A DNA stretch of 56,002 nucleotides, counting the filler, from Candidatus Woesearchaeota archaeon (GTDB lineage: Archaea > Nanobdellota > Nanobdellia > Woesearchaeales > GCA-2685855), in assembly GCA_002685855.1 (NCBI GenBank). It is 4 parts of 4 records of this genome, joined end to end, with 100 filler letters (N's around TTAATTAATTAA, not from the genome) between each part and the next. Parts side by side here need not be neighbours in the genome. Positions count along the whole stretch, not along the records: positions 1 to 11,989 come from NYYS01000058.1; 3 more parts are not named here. The stretch is one strand, 5' to 3'. The notes beneath the pieces were generated by a model, which ran no database searches, was not told the origin of the DNA, and saw only the letters and a list, made by a program, of their open reading frames with translations. Positions 1 to 8,469 of the stretch are shown piece after piece. Position numbers and translations under genes: made by a program. Numbering within the stretch: the stretch's first letter is position 1; each line of letters starts with the position of its first letter.

Positions 1-54
1 CGTTTCTCTCCCAAATTTTGCTTCGCAAAACTTCGCATAATCCCAATGTTAAAC
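1..54 (+). repeat. Partial attC-like / Xer-arm-containing palindromic site
   Basis: Hairpin TTTTGC-TTC-GCAAAA, then TTCGCATAATC (identical to part of the dif site at 21600-21610) and GTTAAAC (GTTRRRY) at 48-54; left half lies outside the window. Confidence 0.45.
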
Positions 55-117
55 TTAAGTGAATATTGTGCCCTTAACGACATCTTTATTAACAGAAACA
101 ACTTTTTGCTTTGTATT

Positions 118-591
118 ATGAATCAACTAGCCCATATTTTTATTACATATTTTGTATTAAGTTTTATTATTCCTGAAACTCAAAAATATCTATTTCCAAT
201 TGCCCTATTTGCAATAATCTTAGATTTTGACCATGTGCCAGGATATGTAAAAATGTTTTTAATTTCTAAGAAAGAAAAAGCTAAGATGCAATTAGAAGAT
301 TATATTAATTGGTTTAGAACAACAATTCAGGAACCGATTGGAATAATAACTATAGAATAAGTTTTCTTAATTCTATATCTTTATGGAATACAAAATATTT
401 ATCTACTAATTGCTAGTTTAGGAATTGCAATTCATTGGCTAATTGATTTTCTAACAGTGCATACAAGACCTTTTGATCCAATTAATAAAAGAGTAATTTC
501 TTTATTCTTTCATTCAAAGAAGCAAAGAATTGTTAGTGAAATAATAATAACGGTTATTTCAGCAAGTTTATTCTTAATAGTATACTTCTAA
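118..591 (+). pseudogene. YdjM-like membrane-bound metal-dependent hydrolase with in-frame stop
   Basis: ATG at 118; motifs H..., DFDH and HWLIDFL; TAA at 358-360, then the same frame stays open for 76 codons to TAA 589-591. Confidence 0.7.
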
Positions 592-634
592 CAGGCACAA
601 TATTCAACTTCTCCAGTTTTTACTTCGTATATCC

Positions 635-1168
635 TCAACCACCCACCTCTTTAACAAATTTCTCAAATCTTTCAACTTCCTTCCTTTTCTCAGTGTTTAT
701 CTTCTTGAATTTCTCAAGCATATTTTTCTGGGTTTTATCATTTAATGCTTCATCAGCCATTGGATACAATATATTATCCTCTTTGAAAATGTGTTCTCTG
801 ATTAGCACAATGTAACCATTTGCACCTTCAATTAATTTATCCTTATCACCATAATTTAAACCTGATTTCATCAGTTTGAGATTTTTTCTTCCTTCATCAT
901 GTTCAACCAACATTTGCTCTACAGGATTACAATGTACACGTCCTTCTTCGGCACATTTGTTAAATTCCTTGAATAGAATATCCTCTTCTTTCGAATGATG
1001 AAACTTATCCACATAGTTTCTAATAAAATCAATAACTTTTTTGAAGAAGTCTGCGTCAATACTCTTATCCCTTAATTTTCCTATTTCAGATTCTAAAACA
1101 TCAACTACTTTTAAGATATTTTCATGTTCTTTTGATAATATTTTCGAAGTTTCTGAACTAATTCTCAT
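635..1168 (-). CDS. Hemerythrin/HHE cation-binding domain protein
   Basis: EH, HHxKEE..LF, EH and HIxKED..LYP motifs; GGTGA RBS. Confidence 0.9.
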   Translation of the reverse strand: MRISSETSKILSKEHENILKVVDVLESEIGKLRDKSIDADFFKKVIDFIRNYVDKFHHSKEEDILFKEFNKCAEEGRVHCNPVEQMLVEHDEGRKNLKLMKSGLNYGDKDKLIEGANGYIVLIREHIFKEDNILYPMADEALNDKTQKNMLEKFKKINTEKRKEVERFEKFVKEVGG

Positions 1169-1198
1169 TTTTTCACCACAATTTCTTTTTACAGACTT

Positions 1199-1420
1199 TT
1201 AACAATTACATATACAAGGAAATTCATCTTGCCTTAAATAATTACTCCCATCAAAAGTTAATCCTTCAGGATATTCTGCCTGAGCATCATAAGTTTCGAC
1301 TATGATGATTTCAGGAGAAGATGTGTCTGGATCAGGAGTGCCCTCATTAGGCCCGGCAAATGACAAACCGGCATTGACCAAACCCAACAGAATAATAAAT
1401 AGTATAACTTCTTTTTTCAT
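1199..1420 (-). pseudogene. Truncated secreted protein (signal peptide plus start of a beta-propeller-like repeat)
   Basis: Signal peptide MKKEVILFIILLGLV; PEGLTFDG motif, then runs into the hemerythrin upstream region. Confidence 0.4.
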
Positions 1421-1701
1421 AATAATTTAATTATTAAAATAAGTATTTAAATGTTCTCATATTTATTATCTGAAATTTCCTTATTGTATTTACTAAAAAA
1501 GCTATCTGAAGTGATTTGTGTTTGAGAGAGAAGTCCCTAGACTTTAGTCTCCCCGCGGCCGGATTTATTTGAAACTTAAATTTAACTCGGCAGACGCAGG
1601 TTTTCCGGACTTTGTAGCGGAAAAAGAACCTAACAGGACTTAAAAGTCGGAAAAGTGAAAAGGAGAAAACATAAAAAGAAAAACAGTTCATCAATAATAA
1701 G

Positions 1702-1977
1702 ATGAAATTTAGATGTGCTCATTGTCAGAATATTCGAGAAATATCAGAAAACAAGTATGTGTGGGGGGCTCCTAAAATGGGTTGGCCCATTTTCAAGCAG
1801 AGACGATCATATCTAAAGTGTTTTCAGTGTAGTAGGAGTTCCTGGATGACACAGATCGATGGGTCTGCAACCCTGGAAGACAAGACTACAAAAAAGATTA
1901 TTCGGTTGTGTCTTCTTGTATTAGGTATTGCTTTTGTTGTTTGGGTTTTGATACTGTTCTTTCTTTTTGTTGTTTGA
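1702..1977 (+). CDS. Small Zn-ribbon protein with C-terminal TM helix
   Basis: CAHC...CFQC and a hydrophobic C-terminus. Confidence 0.6.
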   Translation: MKFRCAHCQNIREISENKYVWGAPKMGWPIFKQRRSYLKCFQCSRSSWMTQIDGSATLEDKTTKKIIRLCLLVLGIAFVVWVLILFFLFVV

Positions 1978-2066
1978 TGTTCATCTGAGGAGATTCATTC
2001 TCACCAGATTCAAGAATGATAGAGAAAAAATAAAAATGGAACTTGACCGATCCCAATGAAAAAAAA

Positions 2067-2182
2067 GGCGGACAGCTTTCCCGGGTTCCCGTGTTTGAGC
2101 ACAGTACAACCAGGAACGTAGGCCTGCTTGACTTCCGAGTTCGAAATGGGATCGGGTATCTCCAGGCCGCTTTGACCGTCCA
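2067..2182 (-). rRNA. rrf: 5S rRNA (stand-alone)
   Basis: Minus strand has CCCGATCCCATTTCGAACTCGGAAGTCAAGC; terminal helix GGACGGT/GCTGTCC; TATA-like box about 2201-2210; T-run downstream. Confidence 0.92.
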
Positions 2183-2212
2183 GAGGGCAGGAAGAAAATG
2201 TTATTTATAAAT

Positions 2213-3028
2213 CTACTCTTTTCTGAGGAGAATTGCGGCTTTTTTGAGGTCTGCTGCTGAGTTGATATGAAGCTCTTGCTGTGAGGTGACATGGCCAAAG
2301 AGGAGGCCGCGGGAGGCGAGTTTGGGGAAGATCTCTGTTTCAAGGGATTTTCCTTGCTGGTCTAAGAGGGAGGGTTCTGCTATGAAGAGTGAGGAGAAGC
2401 CGAGATAGACGGTTGATTTGGCGGGTTTTTGCTCGAATTCGAGGACTTTTGCTCCTTCGAGTTTTGCTACGCCTTTTCGTTCGGGGTTGGGAGTTGTTGT
2501 GAGCATCAAGGTAACAGCGCCTTTGAGGCGTTGGTGATCGGTCCAGAGGTCGTACAAGTCCATCTGGGAGAAGATGATGTCGTTATAGACCACAAGGAAG
2601 GTTTTGTTGAGTTTTCCTTTGAGGAGCCTGAGGGTGTCTGCTGTGCCCCGGGCGTCCTGTTCTTCTAAATATTCGACGGATGCTCCATAGATTGAGCCGT
2701 CTCCAAGGATTTCAAACGCTCTTGTTAATACTTGTTTTTGTCCGACAAAATAGATTTTGGAGAAGCTTTCTTCTTTGAGTTTTTCTATTGCGAGTTCGAG
2801 AAGGGTTTTTTCTCCTACTTTTGCTGCGAATTTGAACTCTTTAGTATCGAGTTTTAGTGAGGTGATGCTTCCTCCGGCGAGGATGACGGCAATTTTTTCC
2901 TCTTTGAGTGCTTGCGAAACAAGGGTTTCGATGGCCTGGGAGCGGTTTCGTACTATGATGTTGTCGACTAGTTCATCGATTGCTGTAAGGGTTGTTTCGT
3001 CGATTGTTATGGAGATCTTTTTTTTCAT
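2213..3028 (-). CDS. Ribbon-helix-helix + nucleotidyltransferase-like fusion
   Basis: N-terminal KISITID..NRSQAIE (RHH); AVILAGG, GTAD, F.V.Y.D and FEQKP of the NTP_transferase fold. Confidence 0.85.
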   Translation of the reverse strand: MKKKISITIDETTLTAIDELVDNIIVRNRSQAIETLVSQALKEEKIAVILAGGSITSLKLDTKEFKFAAKVGEKTLLELAIEKLKEESFSKIYFVGQKQVLTRAFEILGDGSIYGASVEYLEEQDARGTADTLRLLKGKLNKTFLVVYNDIIFSQMDLYDLWTDHQRLKGAVTLMLTTTPNPERKGVAKLEGAKVLEFEQKPAKSTVYLGFSSLFIAEPSLLDQQGKSLETEIFPKLASRGLLFGHVTSQQELHINSAADLKKAAILLRKE

Positions 3029-3151
3029 CGTACCTTTAAAAAGGGTTTATCCTACCCTTTATGCGATGATATCTGAAGAAGTATATAAATGTGTCGGAAA
3101 AAAGAGTAATATAAAAGCAGTTTTGAATACCAAGGTTGAGATCTCTAACGA

Positions 3152-3538
3152 TCAATAATAGTGTTTTCCTCTTTCAAGAAATTGGATTTCCATCTTTTCA
3201 GGGTCAAAATATTTTTTTACAAATTCTACGACCTTTTTTTGGCTGAATTTTCCACAACTATAGATGTCTATGGATATAAAGTTGTGTTTTGAAAGAGTGT
3301 GTAGCACTATTGAAGATTGTGCAAGAGGCACCCAGCCACTCAGGCCATCTTTTCCAGGAAATCTTTTTCTATCTGTTCTAAAAACGTTTGGTTCTTCTTG
3401 TTTATCCATGCCTATGAAGTTAACCAGATCATCTAAGAACTCATAATAATTATTTATGTCGTTACAGATATTTTCTGTACATCCGTAGCAGTCTAAAAGT
3501 AGCTCGTGTCCGAAAACATGTTTCTTTTTTGACGCCGT
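3152..3538 (-). CDS. speD: S-adenosylmethionine decarboxylase family proenzyme (pyruvoyl)
   Basis: FGHELLLDCYGC upstream of the called ORF; GLSG..LAQSSI.LHT and IDIYSC; frame opens at an ACG (3536-3538) below a TATA box. Confidence 0.8.
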   Translation of the reverse strand, partial: TASKKKHVFGHELLLDCYGCTENICNDINNYYEFLDDLVNFIGMDKQEEPNVFRTDRKRFPGKDGLSGWVPLAQSSIVLHTLSKHNFISIDIYSCGKFSQKKVVEFVKKYFDPEKMEIQFLERGKHYY

Positions 3539-3653
3539 GTGGCGTTTTGTATTAATTTTTTTATAAACTTTTCGGGGAGGTTCTTAGATTAGAAATTCTG
3601 ATAAAATTTTATTAAGTCCCGGCCGAAGGCCGCCTGACAGAACTGAATATCCC

Positions 3654-4778
3654 TTAGAATTGGCGTTTATTGAGATCGTTCTCCTGCAAGGGTGTTTCTG
3701 TTTTGAGTTTAACATCGGAGACCTTTGACCAATTGTCTTCAATGGCCCATTTTGTGAAGCGGAGCACGCCTGATCTAAGGTCTATTTTTGGCGTGTAGCC
3801 GAGTTTTGTGCTGAGCTTTGTGATGTCTGGACATCTTCTTTTTGGATCTATGGCAGAGTAGGCATCGTTGATTCCTGCGGTGTTTTTAATTTCTACGGGC
3901 TGGTCGAAAAGGGATGCGACTGTTTTTGCTAGGGTTTCTACTGAGACCTCTTCTTTGTCTGTGCCTACGTTGAAGGATTCTCCGTTGAAGTCGGATAATA
4001 ATATTTTGAAGAAGCCCGTCATGGCATCGGTGATGTAGCAGAAGGTTCGTGTGTTTTGGCCGCCGCCGTAAACAGGCAGAGCGTTTCCGTGAAAGACGTT
4101 GAGGATAAAGTTTGGAACTACGCGCATGTCGTCTTTTCTCATGCCGGGGCCGTAGACGTTGAAGGGTCGGATCATCTTTACAGGGATACCGTGGACTTCG
4201 TGATAGGCAATGCAGAATGTTTCTCCGATTCGTTTTGATTCGTCGTAGTTTGCCCGGGGTCCGGTGCAGTCAACGTTTCCGCAGTAGGTTTCGGGTGTTG
4301 GGACCTTGCTTGGATCGGGGTCTCCGTAGACTTCGCTTGAGCTGAAGAAGACCATGCTTTTTACGTTTTTGTATCGTGCGAGTTCGAGCATGTGTTTTGT
4401 TCCGAGTGTGCCAACGTCGATGGTTTCGATCTTGTATGTTCGATAAAATTTTGGTGATGCGATGCCTGCGGCGTGGATGATGAAGTCGATGTCTTCATCG
4501 ATCTCTAAGGGAAATTTAAGATTGTGATGGATGGGTTGAAATGTGGGGGATTCCTGTAGGTCGTATTTTTGTCCTGTGATAAAGTTGTCTACCGAGATTA
4601 TCCTGCAGGGTTTTTCGAGAACGTTTTTGTTGAGGTAGTCAAGGGTTGCAAGGAAGTATCTGCCGAGGAATCCTGCTCCTCCTGTGATAAGAAGAGTTTT
4701 TCCGCTTAGGATATGGGCAACGATGCCTATATCTTTGGAAATGGTTTCTACATCCTCATCAATGATTTTACTTGGCAT
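3654..4778 (-). CDS. NAD-dependent epimerase/dehydratase, UDP-glucuronate decarboxylase-like
   Basis: ITGGAGFLG, AGIASP, SSSEVYGDP, YDESK, RPFNVYGP, TRTFCY, DPKRRCPD. Confidence 0.88.
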   Translation of the reverse strand: MPSKIIDEDVETISKDIGIVAHILSGKTLLITGGAGFLGRYFLATLDYLNKNVLEKPCRIISVDNFITGQKYDLQESPTFQPIHHNLKFPLEIDEDIDFIIHAAGIASPKFYRTYKIETIDVGTLGTKHMLELARYKNVKSMVFFSSSEVYGDPDPSKVPTPETYCGNVDCTGPRANYDESKRIGETFCIAYHEVHGIPVKMIRPFNVYGPGMRKDDMRVVPNFILNVFHGNALPVYGGGQNTRTFCYITDAMTGFFKILLSDFNGESFNVGTDKEEVSVETLAKTVASLFDQPVEIKNTAGINDAYSAIDPKRRCPDITKLSTKLGYTPKIDLRSGVLRFTKWAIEDNWSKVSDVKLKTETPLQENDLNKRQF

Positions 4779-4779
4779 T

Positions 4780-5163
4780 TTAGATCAGTTTATATTTTAC
4801 TGTGTGTTCTTCGAAGTTTTCCTCTTCTCTTTGTCCTGTTGTGATGTTGAGCATGACAGAGTCTTCTGTAAACTTCATTGCATGAGCGATCATGGGAGGA
4901 GTGATTGCAAGGTCTCCTCCCTTTACAACGACTTTTTCAGTTTCTGCATTTTCTGCTTTGAGATCTTTTGAATGGGATTCGTAACTTCCGCTGATGAGAA
5001 AGATGTACTGGATTTGCTCTGGATGATAATGGTTTGCTCGGACTGCACCTGCTTTAGATGTGATGATGGCAATGTGACTCACAGGCTCTTCCAGGATGTT
5101 TGAGATTGCACCTCGTTCATCCTCAAATGCAGGTTGAATGTGTTTTATTGTTTCGTTTGGCAC
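4780..5163 (-). CDS. Cupin, NDP-sugar 3,5-epimerase/isomerase-like
   Basis: FEDERG, RANHYH, PP.IAHA. Confidence 0.8.
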   Translation of the reverse strand: MPNETIKHIQPAFEDERGAISNILEEPVSHIAIITSKAGAVRANHYHPEQIQYIFLISGSYESHSKDLKAENAETEKVVVKGGDLAITPPMIAHAMKFTEDSVMLNITTGQREEENFEEHTVKYKLI

Positions 5164-5235
5164 TCTTATTCACCTCATGATAGAGAGACGGAACGGGGAA
5201 TGGTTTTTAAGGTTTGCGCTTCTCGGAAAAGGGGT

Positions 5236-6459
5236 TTATTCGATGATTTGGGGTTCTGGGAGCGGGATAATGAATTTTACGCCCTGTTCTTTGTATTTAG
5301 CGTTTTTTTCGACGATCTCTTTTGCAAAGTTCCAGGCAAGAACGAGAAGGTAGTCAGGAGTGTTTTTTTCCAGCTCTGTTGAGTCGACGACAGGGATGTG
5401 GGTGCCGGGTGTGAAAAGGCCCACTTTAAGGGGATTGTCATCTACAATGTAGTCTATGTAGTTTGTGCTTATCCCACAGTAGCTGAGGAGGGTGTTGCCT
5501 TTTGCAGGGGCTCCGTAGCCTGCGATCTTTTTTCCCTGGGTTTTGATATTTTTGAGGTAGGAAACGAGTTTTTCCTTGACAAGAGATATTTTTCCAGCAA
5601 AGTCCTGATAAAGTTCGATTGTGTTTACACCAAAAGATTCCTCTTCTTCAAGGAGTTTTGATACTGAGAGGTCGATGGGGCGCGAGGATTCTTCTTTTTT
5701 TGTAAAGACTCTTAGGGATCCTCCATGGGTGTTAACTTGTTCAACTTTGAAGATCTGCATGCCTTCTTGTTTGAAGAGGTGGTCGAGGCTTGTGAGGGTG
5801 TAGTAGAAGAGGTGTTCGTGATAGATCATGTCAAAGGTCATCTGTTTCATCATTTCCAGAAGGTAGGCAACCTCTACTACGAATACGCCTTCGGGTTTGA
5901 GGAGGAGTTTGACGTTTTTGATGATGTCTTTAATGGTGTCTGTGTGGGCAAAGACGTTGTTTGCTGTTATGATGTCTGCACGCCCTTTTCTTTTGATGAT
6001 TTCATCTTTTGTTTGTTGGTTAAAGAAGCTGTTGATGGTGGGTACGCCGTCTTTTTCTGCGATTTCGGCGATGTTTTTTGCAGGTTCAACTCCGATTGTT
6101 TGTACTGCGCATTTTTGAAATCCTTTGAGGAGAAGTCCATCATTACTACCGATGTCGACTGCCAATGAATTTTCATTGAGATGGAATGTTTTTGAGAGGT
6201 CTTCTGCCATCTGCATAAAGTGGAGGCGGAATGTTTTTGTTGTTGAGGTGACGTAGAGGTAATGGCCGAACATGAGCTCGGGATCTACTACGTAGTTGAG
6301 CTGGAGGAGTTTGCACTGAGGACACCAGACAAGTTCCAAGGGGAAGAGAGCTTCTTCTTTTGTGAGTTGTTCGGGCGATAAGAAGTTGTTGGCGAGTGCT
6401 GTTTTTCCGAGAGAAAGTATCTCTTTACACTCTGGATTGGAGCAGACTTGACAGTTCAT
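5236..6459 (-). CDS. NDP-hexose C-methyltransferase
   Basis: N-terminal CxxC/CxxC; DIGSNDG, NNVFAH, IYHEH, HGGSLR, GYGAPAKG, LAWN. Confidence 0.92.
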   Translation of the reverse strand: MNCQVCSNPECKEILSLGKTALANNFLSPEQLTKEEALFPLELVWCPQCKLLQLNYVVDPELMFGHYLYVTSTTKTFRLHFMQMAEDLSKTFHLNENSLAVDIGSNDGLLLKGFQKCAVQTIGVEPAKNIAEIAEKDGVPTINSFFNQQTKDEIIKRKGRADIITANNVFAHTDTIKDIIKNVKLLLKPEGVFVVEVAYLLEMMKQMTFDMIYHEHLFYYTLTSLDHLFKQEGMQIFKVEQVNTHGGSLRVFTKKEESSRPIDLSVSKLLEEEESFGVNTIELYQDFAGKISLVKEKLVSYLKNIKTQGKKIAGYGAPAKGNTLLSYCGISTNYIDYIVDDNPLKVGLFTPGTHIPVVDSTELEKNTPDYLLVLAWNFAKEIVEKNAKYKEQGVKFIIPLPEPQIIE

Positions 6460-6651
6460 AAGGAAAGCAGTGGGAGGAATGTATTTAAGGTTTTCTGCTG
6501 GACAGATTCTCTAAGCTCGGCCCCTTTATAAATGCCTGCTTGTCAGTAATTAGGGAATTTGGAGGGGTTGGAGAGTGTTCAGCTCGAAAACAGTTTAGAG
6601 CTGCTGATCCTGTCTCTGAAGATTTATAAATAGAGGCGGATTTACCTAGAG

Positions 6652-7587
6652 ATGGTAGTACAGATAGGCTTGATAGGACTTGGACGCTGGGGAAAGAACT
6701 ATCTTCGGACGTGCAAGAATCTTTCTGACTGTAAGATTGTTATGGTTGCAGATCGGTCTGCAGATCGGTTGAATAATTTGGGTGATGTTCGTGTATGTAG
6801 TGATTCTGGCAAGGTGTGTTCGGCAGAAGATGTGGATGCGGTTGTAATTGCTACGCCGGGAAGTACGCACGCTGAGTTGGCAAAGGAGGCGTTGGAGGCA
6901 GGGAAGCATGTTTTGGTTGAGAAGCCGATCGGGTTTTGTGCAAAGGAGGTGGAGGAGCTTGTTGCATTGGCAAAGAAGAAAGGGTTGGTGTATATGGCAG
7001 GTCATCTTCATCTGTTTAATCCTGCTGTGCAGAAGGTGAAGGAGCTTTTGGATTCAGGAAGGATTGGGAAGGTGTTGTATGTTCATACGCATGGTTCAGG
7101 GAACGGCCCTATACGAGAGGATATGAGTGCGTATTGGGATTATTTTCCGCATGATGTTACTATTTTGTTATATTTACTCGGGAAGATGCCTGTTGGTGTT
7201 AAAGGCGAAGGGAATGCTTTTGTTCATGATGGTGTGGAGGATGTTGTGGAGCTGAAGTTGTTTTTTTCCGAGAATGTTTCTAGCAGTTCGTTTGCGAGCT
7301 GGCTTTATCCGTTGAAGAGGAGAGAGGTTGTTGTTGTAGGTGAGAAAGGGTTTGTTGTATTTGATGATTATGCAGAGGAAAAGGTAAAGGTTGTTGATAG
7401 GGAGGGGAAGGAGGAGGTGGTTGCTGTTTCTGGTCAGCCGTTGGGGCTGCAGGTAGAACATTTTGTTGGTTGTGTTGTTGAAGGAAAGGATCCTCTTTCT
7501 GGAGGGGATCAGGCAGTTTCTGTCACCAAGGTTTTGGAGGCAGGGCAGCGTTCTATGGAGAAGGATGGCTGTTTAGTCGAGTTGTAA
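6652..7587 (+). CDS. Gfo/Idh/MocA family oxidoreductase
   Basis: GLGRWG, IATP..TH, GKHVLVEKP, D..PHD. Confidence 0.92.
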   Translation: MVVQIGLIGLGRWGKNYLRTCKNLSDCKIVMVADRSADRLNNLGDVRVCSDSGKVCSAEDVDAVVIATPGSTHAELAKEALEAGKHVLVEKPIGFCAKEVEELVALAKKKGLVYMAGHLHLFNPAVQKVKELLDSGRIGKVLYVHTHGSGNGPIREDMSAYWDYFPHDVTILLYLLGKMPVGVKGEGNAFVHDGVEDVVELKLFFSENVSSSSFASWLYPLKRREVVVVGEKGFVVFDDYAEEKVKVVDREGKEEVVAVSGQPLGLQVEHFVGCVVEGKDPLSGGDQAVSVTKVLEAGQRSMEKDGCLVEL

Positions 7588-7699
7588 GATAAGGTTTTAT
7601 GAAATTCTCTTTGCGTAGGAGGACAAGATTAAAGAAGCAGGAACCCTCTTATAGGCACAGATGATGTGGTGAACTCGTTTAAAATATATGCATCATAAA

Positions 7700-8098
7700 C
7701 TAGGTAAGTATCTTTAAACCATCTATCTTTGAAAAATGTTTAATGTTTCCTGTTTTCATAGAGTAGTTATCAACGAGAGCGATAGTTCCAATTAGGAGAT
7801 CTCTAAACTCGATAATGTTGCCTTCTTTTTCCAGCTTGGCCAATAGTTCTCCTGCTTTTCTAGTTGATTCTTCTGTAAAATTTAATATCTTGATTCGATT
7901 TAAAAAATTGGAAATCGCTTCTACATTATCCTTTTTTTTGCTGGATTTATATGCACCATAATAAAGCTCGAATAAGGTTATGTATGTTATTGCCAGATCA
8001 GCACTTTCTTCTTTAGATCTGATGAACTCTGCTTCTTGCTTATTTCCTCTCAGAAAATTCACAACGACGTCAGTATCTAAACAGATTTTACTTTCCAT
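7700..8098 (-). CDS. vapC: VapC/PIN domain toxin
   Basis: CLDTD, ITLFEL..G, D.LI..IA, T.N.KHF. Confidence 0.9.
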   Translation of the reverse strand: MESKICLDTDVVVNFLRGNKQEAEFIRSKEESADLAITYITLFELYYGAYKSSKKKDNVEAISNFLNRIKILNFTEESTRKAGELLAKLEKEGNIIEFRDLLIGTIALVDNYSMKTGNIKHFSKIDGLKILT

Positions 8099-8313
8099 TT
8101 TCCCCAACCTTTTTTTAAAGAAGAGGTGAACTCCTCTGCTTCTTTGTCTGTCATCTTCCAGCAGCCTGCCAGATCACTAAGATTTCTTTTTTTGACTAAA
8201 AAGGTGATTGCATCGTTAATAGAAACAGGTCTATGCAAACTCTCTCTCAGCTTTCCTGATAATGAGCACAAATTCTTATAATTCTCGTCACTCACCTTTA
8301 TTGATACATTCAT
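8077..8313 (-). CDS. Putative VapB antitoxin
   Basis: Small ORF overlapping the vapC start; SIKVSDENYK.L and LSDLAG.W pattern. Confidence 0.75.
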   Translation of the reverse strand: MNVSIKVSDENYKNLCSLSGKLRESLHRPVSINDAITFLVKKRNLSDLAGCWKMTDKEAEEFTSSLKKGWGKWKVKSV

Positions 8314-8469
8314 TTTACCACTTTTACTACTAAGTAGCACAAGTGGTATATAAATGTTTCTGTTTTTTGGGGCCTGTTTTTGAACGTTTTTTGAATTGTG
8401 GGATAAAGTAGGAAGATAGATATTCTTAAAAAGTGAAAGGTTCTGCTAGTGGGGAATGGAGGAATTAGA

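Noticed and set aside
358..360. Stop-codon reassignment suggested by the internal TAA
   Set aside because: Single case; conserved genes such as gatB, uppS and xerA end properly at TAA
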